Positions 1 to 12,263 of a stretch of 64,000 bases of DNA are shown in pieces. A program made the translations under genes and the position numbers. Position 1 is the first letter of the stretch, and every line of letters starts with the position of its first letter. The stretch is from positions 16,554,001-16,618,000 of the forward strand of contig OZ365118.1 in assembly GCA_977030845.1 (NCBI GenBank), given 5' to 3'. Source of the DNA: Fimbriosthenelais zetlandica. Taxonomy: Eukaryota. The notes under the pieces were generated by a model. The model was not told the origin of the DNA, ran no database searches, and saw only the letters and a program-made list of their open reading frames with translations.

Positions 1-139
1 ACAAAATGCAAACAATTCCCTCATACGCCGTCAGCAAACAATCTCCTCTATTCTTTCCTTCACACCCTTCATTGAAAAAAGATTTGTTTAATGTCTAACC
101 ATTGAGGGAGGTCCGCGCCTTGGGAATCGTTACAAGTGT

Positions 140-520
140 TGGGAGAGATGGAGGGAGAGAAGAGAGGATGGTGGCATGAGAAAGGGGACAGGGAAGAGGG
201 TTATGGAGGGGAGGGAGAGAGCAGAGGCATGGGTAAGAGTGAGGGTTGGGGGGGGGGGGAGTGAGAGAGAGATAGAAAGGGACAGGGAGGGGAACTCCAA
301 AGGGAGATGGGGGTGGGATGGAAGGAAATAGGAGAGAGACAGAAAAGAGACAGAGAGAGAGAGGGGAAAGAAGTAGAGGGGAAGGGAGGAGGGAGAGAAT
401 CTCTGGACAGAGATGGTGGGGTAAGGGGAGAGACAGAGACAGAGACTGAGAGAGAGGGTGGGAGATCGAGGAGAGAAGAGAGATGAGAATGGTTTGGGGG
501 GTGAGGAGAGAGAAGTGCGC
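140..520. repeat. GA-rich purine tract / low-complexity repeat
   Basis: Near-continuous G/A sequence with (GA)n runs; generates the spurious minus-strand S/L/P ORFs. Confidence 0.9.
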
Positions 521-3500
521 CACATTTATATATACAGACGTACGTCATGTCACCGCCTGGATTGTTTACCCATCTAAGGTGGCATTACTCTTCATGTTCA
601 AGGTGCGCATGTCATTTACTAGGTGGTCACATCTTGTAGCCATACATTGTACACTTCTCTTCTCTCTATGTGTATTATCAATCCACCTATGGTCATAGAA
701 ATGTTTCCCATTATGTTAAAAATACAAGGTATACAGAAATGAGGTTAGGCTGTGATGACTTTGTTGCTATTAATGATTTTATTTGTTCATATTGTTGACT
801 GATTCATATTTTATGTATATGTATCAAATATCTTTCATCAAGAGCAATTGAAATATTGGCATCAAGAGCAATTCCAGAATTGTAACTAAATTGTGACTTA
901 TTACACATTACAATATTATATTTAACTTTTCAGCTTCTGTAGGTTGATAATAGTTTAAAGAGTTATGATTCCTTTATAAAATCATCTCGTTCTTAAGTCC
1001 CCAGGCTCCATTCCCAATCCCAGTGCCCTGCGGGGTGGTGGCCCTTTTAAAGTCCACTTAAATTGAACCACCGCCACCACAGTTCAAACCCCAGGACCCA
1101 CTAAAGACAGATTCACAGTGGTAGGTTATAAGTTAACCTCTCTCCAAGTCCAAACTTGTGGCTTCTCCACTTTGAAGCAATGCAGTGTTTAGAAGACTCG
1201 TACTTCCTCGAGTGTTGTGATATAGACACCCAGTGCCTGAGGCCAGATTGGCCATCCAGACACCACGCTGATACATATGATTGAAGTCCAGATGCTTTGC
1301 CTTAAATTTCAGATTCTCTTATTGAATTAAGAGGCTGCCCGTGGAGATAGCACTGGTCTCTATTGGCCGCGTCTCCATATCGTTTACCATTGAAATGTTC
1401 AAATCTGGCCACCACTTTGGAGAAAGCATATTCTTATGAATTCTATATGACACAAAAGCACCGGATTCTCAGAGTTGAAGTGAACAGGGCTAAATTCACT
1501 CACATGTGGACTGAATGTCTAAATCAATAGATAGAATGACATGCACATATTGTGATATTTACAAAATGTCAATAAATAAGTGACATTTGCTTAAGATTAT
1601 TAATACATCATCGACCCTGGGCAACACGTCCTTGAATTTTCTGATAAAATGGAATCAACTGGGCAATGATCACATTCAAAGGGAGGTGTATAGGAATGTT
1701 TATCTTGAATGGATCATATATATGAGTTTCTGTGATAAATCAGAGTGGTAGAACAGATTATAGTGCAGATACTTTGAAACATTATCCAATTGATTTCGTC
1801 TTCACCAACTCTCATGACAACAAATAGTATAGGCCTAATATACAATATCTTTATGATTTCACTTAGAGATAATCATAACAGGTTTATAGGTTGGAGAAGT
1901 AGACTGTCTCCACTACTATCTCATGGGAAAAATAATATTAAGAGAATAATATTCCCAGATTGATTCGGATGGTTATCATACATGAACAGTCATTGAAATG
2001 GATAAAATCCGAAAGATGCCCCAGCAGAAAAGTACCTATCGAGAGTGTGTACGCTGGCATGAACAAAATATTGTTATAAGATATGTCAAACTAAGAAAGT
2101 ATAGGGAAGTTAAATATTTTAACCAAGCCATGTTGGTAAATACATAGTACTTTGGAAGTAGTGTGTACAACATGGAGAAAGGGTGGGGGAGGGGGTTCTG
2201 GATTTAGGTCTGATGTAATTCGCAGGTGCCCACTCCTTTTAAAGCCAATTGCTTTCCACCAAGAGGTCAACTGGGAGCAAAATCAAACACCCCAAGTGTT
2301 ATATAACAATGGTCTTAGAATATCAGCATGAAATGCGAATTATGAAAATCCCATAATTCCAATCAATGTGTTATAATTTCCCATAAGCTCTCATTAAATG
2401 AATACAAGAATATTGGTCCCTTCACCCTCGTTACAAATTAAAGGGATAAGTGCTTTGTTTAATACTATAGACATTAAATAGACACACAACTAGAAGTATG
2501 TGGCTATGAGATTAATCTGACATACATGCTGAGACCCGCTGCGGGATTATATTTATCCTTTATATCCACTTGAGGCCGATAATAAGCCATAAAATCATGA
2601 TTTATAGAAATGGAAAATTCATTCCAAGCATTAATTGCGGTTCAGAGATCGACCAAATATCTTATAGAAGGACCACACAAGTTAATGTAATTTGTCTGTG
2701 CACGTCCTATTGCATTTGTTTTTTTAAGTTATGAAGTTCATACACTGATATTATAAAGCCTATGATAATATAACGGCATTTAAAATACTTAGGCTTATAA
2801 TATTATATGAGAACAAGAACCTAGTTGAACCCTGCAGGTGGTAAACCAACTGAAAAGCCAGCAAAACCCTAAAGTTTGCTTAGTTCTACACTTAATGTAT
2901 ACAAACTATATATAGGCTGTGAAATTAGCACCTTGCTCTGGTCAACCCCCTTAGAGGCTGTGCTATAATAGCCTATGGTTCAGAGGCATAGTGCTACCTG
3001 GCGGAATTTCAATAGACTTAGCCTCGGGCTTTTTCCAGCTCTTTATAGGATTGGCAACGTTTGAAGTTTGACAATCGCAGTTTTTCCTGTTAAGAAACAC
3101 ACGAAAGGGATCATCTGAACATAAGAAGCTTAAGAAAGGAATGGCGCCAATGTATACGTTCATGTATTCCTATACATATGTATGGATAATCCATCTAGCT
3201 TTATGTAAGGGTGTATTAATGCAGGTGTATATGGACCTGCACTGGGATTGACCCAGTATTTATCTGCTGGCCACATAACAGCCATGTCCAGCAAGCTGTA
3301 TATTGTATATGATTATATCTCAACATGGATCAGCATGTACCTGGGACTGAGAGACATGATTAATCCAAGATGAAAGCAAAATGTTATCTTTTAATCGATC
3401 ATGGTGAACTTTATCTCCCCAGGAATATAGGTTAATGCCTGGGTCAGTGGTGTTTACAGAGGGGCAGTCATCTCCAATGGAAAGTGTGTGTTACCTAGGG

Positions 3501-6500
3501 GTGTAGTAGCTCCACTCCAAGATCTTAGAACTCAAGCCAGCCTTTCCGACATTTTTGGTGAAAATTATATCACGCAGAGCTCATTTCAGTGAACCTAGCC
3601 TCACGATTCCTGTCGTAATGGTTGTCTTGTTAGGAATTATTATTCCTAACCAATACTCACATATTGAACCAGATGTGTAGCCATTATAAGAAATGACATT
3701 TAAACAACATCCATTGAGGCATATACCATGGCCAATGTGTCTGCTACCCTTGCCTATAGAGAGCATGGGGTGATCATTATCGTTCACGTCAAAATAAACA
3801 GATAGAAAATCCCAGGTAACTCGGGATTATGAAGCATGAATTTTGATGTGTACTATCTGACTATATAGTTGACTAGATCTGGCACCAGTCCACAAATGGC
3901 AATCAATTCTGATTGTATTCTTTTACACATAGAACTTTGCTAATTTTTCCATTAATAATGAAGAATTAGATAAGACACTGTAATCGATCTATAGGCCTAC
4001 TTTCGGTCTACCTTGTTCCAACAGAGTATAGAGAGGTCCTTTAGAGATATAGGCATGACATGCCACCACATTCCTATGACATGTTGAGCTTGGCATGGTT
4101 AAAAAATACCTCCATACAGAGAGGTGTATATCTAGCTATATTACAGTACTGAGAAGTTACCAATCTCAGGTGGGCAAGTAGAAGGGAAGGGAGAAGGGTA
4201 GAAGAAGTGTCTCTGCTGGAAGAAGGGTGGGGAAGGGTCTTGGGGTGGGAAAGGGAACAATGGATATGGTAGGGAATGGGGTATGAGATTAGGCTGGGAA
4301 TGGAAAATTGAATAATCAAAGGGCAGGAGGAAGAGTAGTAGCAGCCCCAGGGGAAATGTTTTTTTTTTTTACTTTTCTTAAACCAGGATAGTGCCAAGTA
4401 TATCATTCTGATCCAGAAATCCCAAACAGACACATGGCGCGGCCAATATGACAAGGGGGCATATAACAGTGTACATTATTCAAAGCAGGAATTTGATGGG
4501 GGTTTAAGTGACGTCCATTACATGGGATTGGTCCCTGTTTGAATAACCATCTGGTTGTATAGCAGTACATAATTACTGACGTTAGTTTTTAAAGTGTGTG
4601 CCCTCATGAAATAGACAGGTTAATGAGTACTTAGCCTTGAGGCTTAAAGTCACTGTGTTAACCTATATCATGTGTCTTCATTGTTATTTAACATGAACAT
4701 GTCATAAAAAGAGCACATATAAGTGAGTTGTTCCATGGGATCAGGGTTCCTGTCATTACTATTTGGAGACCATTTCTTTCTTAACTGGTTCCTTCCTGGT
4801 TTGAAACAAGCCTTAGGGAACACCTTGGTGCCAATTGTTATCTATATGATAAAGTAAGATCAAGATCAATCACTATAACAAATTGAATATATATGCACAA
4901 GATAACAGGAAGTGCAGGACTCCTCTGCTGCAGGAGATGATTTTTCCTGGGGATATTTTAAATCAATTGCACTTGCTAAATCAAAAGTGAAATAAAAATG
5001 TCCCATAGAAGCATCCAAAGAGGAAAAAAGGATCAAGCTATTCAAGCCAGGCCTGAACTTCTCGTAATCAGTCCCATACATTCCTTACAACAATGACTTC
5101 CTCCTATACAAGCCTTGAGAAGACTTGAATTGAATTTTCCCATGAGAAAGGGAAGAAAAAATTAGTGCAGAAAATAGATCATTCTGGGGTGGCTGTAGCT
5201 GGGCAAATCATGTCCATCTGGTAGCACCATTACCATGGCAAAAGGCTACATCTCTAGGTGGAGTGAGGGCCAAGTGGGTTCTTTCAAGTTGCCACCCCCA
5301 CCATATGACAATGGCAAGAGGCTATACATCTCTTTAATCATTTTGAACTCCCTTCTAGACATTGCACATGCCTTTTTTATGCATGTGACACTCCCTCCTG
5401 AGTCATCGTTTTTCAATTTGTTCGCCACTGTTTCTTGTGGAGGGGGAGGTGAGGGAGGGGGAGGTGAGGGAGGGGGCAGGGAGGGAGAGGGAGAGAGCAG
5501 GGTGGTAAGTATAGGAGAAATGCCCCACCCCACCCCTTTCCTCCAGTGTTGCCCTTCCAGCAGTGAAACCCCTTTTCCTCGGATAGCAGACATAAAGGCA
5601 ATATACACACACATGCGGCTTAATACTCTAAGCATCTGTTGCCTCTCTGCTAGGGTGGTGGCTGAAGAGTCTATCTAGGGTAGACTTGAAAGGGGAGATG
5701 GTAAGGTGTGGCCTGGGCATTGACCTGGACCACGCCCTCAGTTTGGGACTAAGGTCACCCCCTCCAACACCACTACCAGAAACACCACCTGCCGTCACGG
5801 CTCCCTCCCACCCTCCCACACACACCCACCCAAACCCACTTATACCTACCCTTCTGTCACTTGACCTTAGTGCTTCCACACAAATCTTGAACATACACCT
5901 AATGGCTTGCCTTCACACACAATGTCCAGATGCTATTGCACAGTAAACGTGGAAGTGTTTTCTTTCATGCAGTGACATTTTTTCACCAGAAATCTCTGTA
6001 AATGTGTCTGACCTGGGACACCCTGATACTTTCTCTCCCCATCGAAATAATTTATTGCAGCCTCGGGCTATTTTTTCAGTCCTTCATGCTATATATATAC
6101 CCATGTACCTTATAGGTTCTTGACCAATTGAAATAAGAATTTCAACACAAACTTATTAAGATAATTGTCTTGAACCATACCCTTCCATTCCTTAGTTCAT
6201 CCCTAAGATACAGATAACATTTCTGTATTAAATACATATCTGCCCGTTTTGATCGCCCCCTCCCGCTGAAGTCCTCCACAAATTGCATCTTCATGCATCT
6301 TTCCATTCAATTTCACTTGCACAGATGAACCATCTCAACGGGAATCCATTAAAAAGCCATTTCTACCTCGCCCCACACATAACCACGGAGCTTTTTCGTC
6401 CCTCGACATGCACACCCCATCTTTGCCTGTCAGGTTATTACATATTTTTCCTGTGTGCCTTCTTGCATGGAAGTAAAACACTTGAAAATGGTGATATGAA

Positions 6501-7539
6501 AGAACACACAAAAGGGCGTGGACGGTTAAGGAGACACATGTTTTATCAAGGAGCAAGTAACCAGATGACGAGGCATGGGGATATGATAGATACCATGCCC
6601 GGAGACAGAGATAGTTTACACTAGACAGGAAACCTCCCTCCACCAACCTGTCTCTCCACCCTATTCCCACACCCCTCCCCCACCTCCCAATGCAATTCTT
6701 ATATTCTTATTCATGCCAATTGTTTAAAGTGCAATGCATGATGCCTATACCTCAGTTCACAACTGCTTGGCAATCTGTAAGTTACCGTAGATTCAAAACT
6801 TTTTAAATTTAGAATGTTTGCCACAGGCTGTGACATCCAGGGCCACTTTAGTCATAATTATTTTTGGAAAGAAGTTTTCGAGAATAGAAACTATTAATCC
6901 ATTCTGTCTGGTACTCCTTTATAAGTAAAGGTATGAAAAATAGAATCATTTTAGAAGAAAAGGGAAAAAAATCAGAGAAGTATCTCTTGTGTCTATAAAT
7001 TAGTAGGGGATTTAGCATGGCGCAGGTGGGAATCCCAATTATATGTTTTACAAAACGCACTTTATGTGTGGAGACTTCCCAGGTAATTGGATTCCTAATT
7101 CTGGCACTATACACTCAGGCATTACAAATGTCACCTTATAATCCCTATGCTACTTTTAGCGCGAGGTCGACCTAAAGAATTGTATTCACGCTAAAATAGG
7201 ACAATTGTGATGGGCACAATCGGGGGGACATTCATGCAATTGGAGGGAAGAAGAAAAGAACTAAGGTCGCTTTAATGAAAGTGGGCCCAATAAGACCTGT
7301 CGACATACTCCTTCTCAAGGTATGTCAATATTCACATGGTCTAGGAGCTCATCTGATGTTCTTTGTGTATACTTGTATAAATATACCAACACTATAAGGT
7401 ACATTTCACTTCTCAAAGGACACTATGGCAATGGGGGCCATAAGGCTGCAAAGTAGACAGGATCACCAGACTTCAAAGACAGGGGGGGGGGCACTTGTAT
7501 TACATTCTGAGACAAGGACAGGGGCGCCTGGAAGATGGG

Positions 7540-7760
7540 CTTCCTCGAATGAACTCTGGAAGATATATAGAGGGGGAAAGAGAAAGATAGAGAAGATGGG
7601 AGAATGGGAGAGAGGATGGGAGAGGGAGAGAAGATGGGAAAGGGAGAGAGGATGAGAAAAGAAAAGAACATGGGAGAGGGACAGAAGATTCAAGATGGGA
7701 GAGGGAAAGAGGATAGGAGGGGGAGAGAGGATGGGAAAGGAAGAAAGAGAGGATGGGAAA
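7540..7760. repeat. GA-rich low-complexity tract
   Basis: Repeated GAGAGGATGGGA-like units. Confidence 0.85.
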
Positions 7761-8873
7761 GTGAGACACTTTGAACAGATAGAGATATGAGGAAGGAGTA
7801 AAGTAAAAGTTACATATTATATAGGGAAGTGAGATTGGCGAGGAGTTAGAGGGTGCACAAAAGTCAAATAGAGGACAGAGATATTCAGAAGGGAGAGGGA
7901 ACGGGGTTGGATATGGGGAACTCATTTGTTTCCAACCCCTGCAGCTGGAGCAAAGAAATGGCCAGATGTATAAATGCATAATATGGAAGTATTATTTCTA
8001 GGGCTTAGTGTATCAACTTTTATGGATGCATACTTTAGATATTACATCGAGATATATGCATACATGTATGAGGGCATATAATAGCCTAATGCGTACTACA
8101 TGATAGTAATATGTACACATGTAATAGCACTGTGTACACACATGGGACACTGCAGATTTCTGGGGCTGCATGTGTACGCATGGGAAAGCACATTATTCTT
8201 ATTGTGTCATTGTTGTTGGGGCACCCATATATTCCCAGGCAATGGTTAATTATCTCTAACTTATCTCCAGCATCATGCATGACTGGGATGCGCCGCTCAT
8301 TACCATTAGTGGTTGATAGTCGGTTCATCACAGTGTGTGGTGGGGGTATTATAGTGGTTCCTTACAGACTTCCCACTCCTCTCTACCTCCATATATCATG
8401 TAATGGCAATTAGTAACCCTGCATGTCCAGAGTCAGTGATCTATTAATAGCTTCACTCGCAGAACTTTTCATTGTTTCTCAATGCTACAACATTAAAGCA
8501 TTCTAAAGAGTCATTAGCCTGGACTAGGCTGGAGTTGTTTCCAAGTTTCCAAGACTTGTAACCCTAGCTTCGCTCACGATACCCTAATTCTGTTGATGAC
8601 ATAGTCACATTGATATAACAGAATGGCCATTATGATAGCATTTTCTCTGTGGTCACTCCCATTTAGGTACGGGTACCACATAATTATTTAAGCCCAATTA
8701 ATAATTATCCCATTTTAATAATTGCAATATCCACAAACCTAACTAGGCATTGAGTTATATGGGCGCATGTGCATGGCAGATAGGCATCTGTATTAGAGAT
8801 ACTGGATGTATACATGTGTATCAAATTTCAGATGAAAAATAATTAAATAAAAATCAAAGAGAAAAGGACTTAC

Positions 8874-9429
8874 CATCAGCTGGCCTGACGGTCATTGACA
8901 TGTTGATGGCCCCAGATTTGGATATAGTGATGAACTTGCCGGCGTCATCAAACAAAACCCAATAGTCATTTAGTACTGAACCAGATAATGCCAGAGATCT
9001 GGATTGGCGTTCTTGATTTGTGAGGGGTGAGTTGGGGCCGTCTTGAGACAGGCTCGTGTTCCAATGTTCGGGTAGGCGACCCTGGTGGCGAAAACTAACC
9101 CCCGATGATGGTCGCCCACTCACCGCAGGTCCATCTCTTGTACTTCTCTTCTGGTAACGAGGGTATTCCGATGATCCATCTCTTTGGTGGTGGACAGGGC
9201 CTTTAAGCATGGACAGGATTGAAGTGGATGATGATGATGAGGAAGAGGAGGAAGAGGTATGGGAAGAGGGGAGGTTGAGTCTGAGACTCATTGCAATGGT
9301 CATTGATGGTAAGGTCCCCAGGAGCACCAACAGCCCGGCGATTAACACGGAGACAGCGGACTTCAGTCTGGGGGACGGGCTGGCCGCATGTCCGGGCTGT
9401 CTGCACCTTCTAGCATCGGGCCACTGCAT
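8874..9429 (-). CDS. First coding exon of a secreted fibroblast growth factor (FGF)-family ligand (partial gene; probably FGF9/16/20-related by synteny)
   Basis: ATG at 9429 (MQWPDARR...), 185 codons + 1 nt, ending GCT GAT G|GTAAGT (phase-1 donor, 8873-8868). The hydrophobic stretch AVSVLIAGLLVLLGTLPSMTIAMSL resembles a signal peptide. The C-terminal LFDDAGKFITISKSGAINMSMTVRPAD(G) aligns without gaps to the FGF consensus [27 protein letters not shown](G), and the intron falls at the conserved FGF exon1/exon2 position. Exons 2-3 were not found in 1-8870. Confidence 0.75.
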
Positions 9430-11339
9430 GCGGTAGGAGGTGGAATCCGGTGTGACCGGACTCCAGGGGATCAACTGACTCCTGCTATTCAGATGAGTGG
9501 GACCTTTGCCACCCAACTCCTCCAGGGCTCCTACCACAGCCCCGTCAAGTGTATGTGTGAAGAATCAATTTTTTTTTCTAAATGTGCAGCGGCAGTTTTT
9601 AAAAAATATGAGAAAAGTGGCAAAAATAACTTGGAGGCACACTCACTCACACACCCCCGCCGGCCCACACACACACACCAGTGTGGTGGTGTTGGTATGG
9701 AACAAGAGTGCAGTGTGGTGTGTAGTGGTCGGTGGCTAACTATCACCTACCATCTGCCTTAGTCAATGCACCGCTCTAATTCACCTCTCCACTCAGGTGG
9801 AAAAATATCTCTAAGATCTATATGAACATGCATGTTTTCTCAATATCCTCCTAATATAAATGCACTGGCATTCTTTTTTCCCTCTTGCAATTCCAGAAGG
9901 GGTAACAATTTCTCAATCAGTGTGCAATGTGGGTTTGCAGAGGTATCTGTGGCTTTTTTTCCTGTGGTGAATAAATATGTTACTTATTCCTCGTGACAAT
10001 GTGGAGAGATATAATCAATAATAATAATAATCCCTTGGTTATATGCTTGGTCACTTTGTATTAGCAGACTAGTTCACAGCGAAGTTTTCTCGTATCCACT
10101 CTATCAATGTAATAAGTTGCAGTAGTAACAGTGTGTTGCGATTCCAGCTCTTGCTTTGCCTTTTCCAAGCCTGGCAGTGAATTGTCTAAAGGACTTAAAT
10201 GTTCTCCAGTCGCAGGGTGGAGGGGGAGAAAGTGAATGGTACTTTGATTTCTAGGGAAAGTGCTACTATACCAGTTACTGCAGTAGTACCTGCTGCTTAG
10301 CGCCCCAATGGTGCAAGACCTTCTGCTCCCAAGTCTCCTGCTGCTGCGGCTGCTGCGGCTGCTGCTGCTTGGGAGGCAGGTATAAGGATGCGGCGCTCCG
10401 GTCCAGAGCACTTGGGACCGGTTGGCTGGGACTGCTTCTGTAGATGAAGTAGTAGTTGTAGTAATCGTAGTAGTAATGGTATTTCCACACACAGGCCTCT
10501 TCAATGCACCACTGGCTTCCCCCACACAACAATGTATCCTTGCTTTCCCACTCCCTTCCCAACTAATACCCTGAAATCCTTGGGTAGACCCTGTAGTAAT
10601 AGTAGTAGGCTGTAGACTGCCTTCTGATCGCTTCTTCTCTCCACTTGGGAGATGGGAACTCAGCCTAGCCATAGCGGGCTAAGTTCACTTCTTGTGGCCA
10701 TACGTTCTAAGTCCTTTGGATCCAACACTGACACAAGAGATGATCTCTTAATAACACAAGTACAGAGCCAATGGGTGAAAAAGTCCATCTGTCCTTGGTC
10801 TCTCAAACTCCAGGGCCGCCAATGAAGCCCCTGCACCCATCGGACTACAAAGAATGAATATACAAGTTTGTAGCCTATAGCTCGAATACACACTCCTTAA
10901 AGAAACTTAACAGTTCTCCAATACACAAAAGTACTCCAAACTTCTGGTTTTTCCCGTGTCCATGACTCTTAGAACTAGTTCAGCAACTTGGAGTCAAAGG
11001 AATTGCTTAAAATCCATGTAACTCTGCTCTGATAAGCATATATGCATACATTGGGCATTTCCAGCTATATTGTAATCCCAGCTGCACTTTAGCAATAGTT
11101 TCAGCTGCTCGATTATTAAAGTTTTCTTCTATCAAATGGAAAGCACGTTAAAACACATATGGCGGAGTGCAGAACATGGTTCCTTCCTCCTTCTTCCTTA
11201 TAAAAATCACTCCAGGGTATTGGGTATAGACGGATGGTCTGGGTCGGAGGAAGAGCCAGGACGGAGCGTTGTGATCTGAGAGGATATCTCTTCCACTATG
11301 GCCTTCAGTAAATGTCGTCCGCGGTGTATAGTCGAACGC

Positions 11340-11410
11340 TGTGAGTACACACCACCGTACGAGAATCCCCCTGGTGGATATATATTTAAACCCCCACCTA
11401 TGACGTCATG
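11340..11410 (-). promoter_or_regulatory. Putative core promoter of the FGF gene: CRE palindrome plus TATA-like element
   Basis: Perfect CRE TGACGTCA at 11401-11408 (10-bp palindrome ATGACGTCAT). On the minus strand it is followed by TTTAAATATATAT (11390-11378) and a pyrimidine-rich initiator-like stretch near 11340-11355. The orientation points toward the FGF exon. Confidence 0.45.
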
Positions 11411-12263
11411 ACACCTGAGCCCACTCCTTTCTCACTCAACTCAACTCACTCACTCAGCAAGGCTCGCTCTCTGCCTTTGCACGACGCTTTGCACTCCTAT
11501 TATTTTAAGTCATGGCAAATTGAATTATTTATGAAGAGCTTGAATTTTCAATGTTAGCCGGTCCAATGAGTGTTGGCCCAGTAGGTGCCGGTGGTACACG
11601 CTCCTTCTCTCTCTCCCTCTCCCTCTCTCTAATGGGTTTTCTTCTGAGTCTGCTGGGAAGTTGCAGATCTCTACCATGGCCAACTCCAGTCAGATCTGTG
11701 TGAGTGGTACAATTATTGTCACTCTACCACTCAACATTTTTTTCCGCCTTAAGTTAAAGGGCAGAAAAATCAATAATTATGTCGACCTAAGCTCTAGGCT
11801 AGGCCTAATCAATGATTTACAATACAGGTCTTTGACCTTAAGTCAGATAATCCTTAATGGAACTTGTAATGAAAACATGTCAGGGGGCCTACACTTTGGG
11901 GTAGGCCTACTTTCACTTCATGGATAAGCCAATAATCCTGTCACCGTGCCTTTGATAGGCCTCCACTGTAGACCTAGGCCTATGTCCATGCATTTCTATC
12001 CATTGAAATCAACTGTGAGAAATACCCTACATGTCACCTGGGTAGTAGTTTATCCCAATTGTCCCGGTATCACTGGCACAAAAGTTCTTCTCTTATCCTA
12101 TAATAGGTCTGTCCGCGTCTGTGAACAACTAAAACTCAGTCCTCCCACGGGTGTGTGGTGATAGATCTAGGCCTATGTTCTCTACCGACTGAGTTAGCTC
12201 CCTTCCCCACTCCCCCCGACTGCCACAGCTCAGCGCAACCTCCCCATGTGTCAAAGTTGTTTT

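Noticed and set aside
95-548. Three overlapping minus-strand ORFs (115-142 aa), and similar ORFs at 7423-7979, 26599-26937, 37529-38066 and 44597-44918
   Set aside because: They are translations of GA/CT- or C-rich low-complexity tracts (S/L/P-rich) with no domain or splice support.
5246-5427. Minus-strand in-frame continuation after a pyrimidine tract (ETVANKLKNDDSGGSVTCIKKACAMSRRE...) as FGF exon 2
   Set aside because: The phase is compatible, but spacing to the FGF exon-2 consensus is wrong, there is no donor near 104 nt, it ends in a stop without exon-3 motifs, and the tract is a simple repeat.
10061-10672. 203-aa ORF as an independent gene
   Set aside because: Low-complexity T/S/R runs and no recognisable domain; better explained as FGF leader sequence.
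11367-11377. CTCF-like CCACCAGGGGG at the FGF promoter (minus strand)
   Set aside because: Only a partial core, and the same string occurs in the MITE terminus at 13893-13903; not supportable alone.
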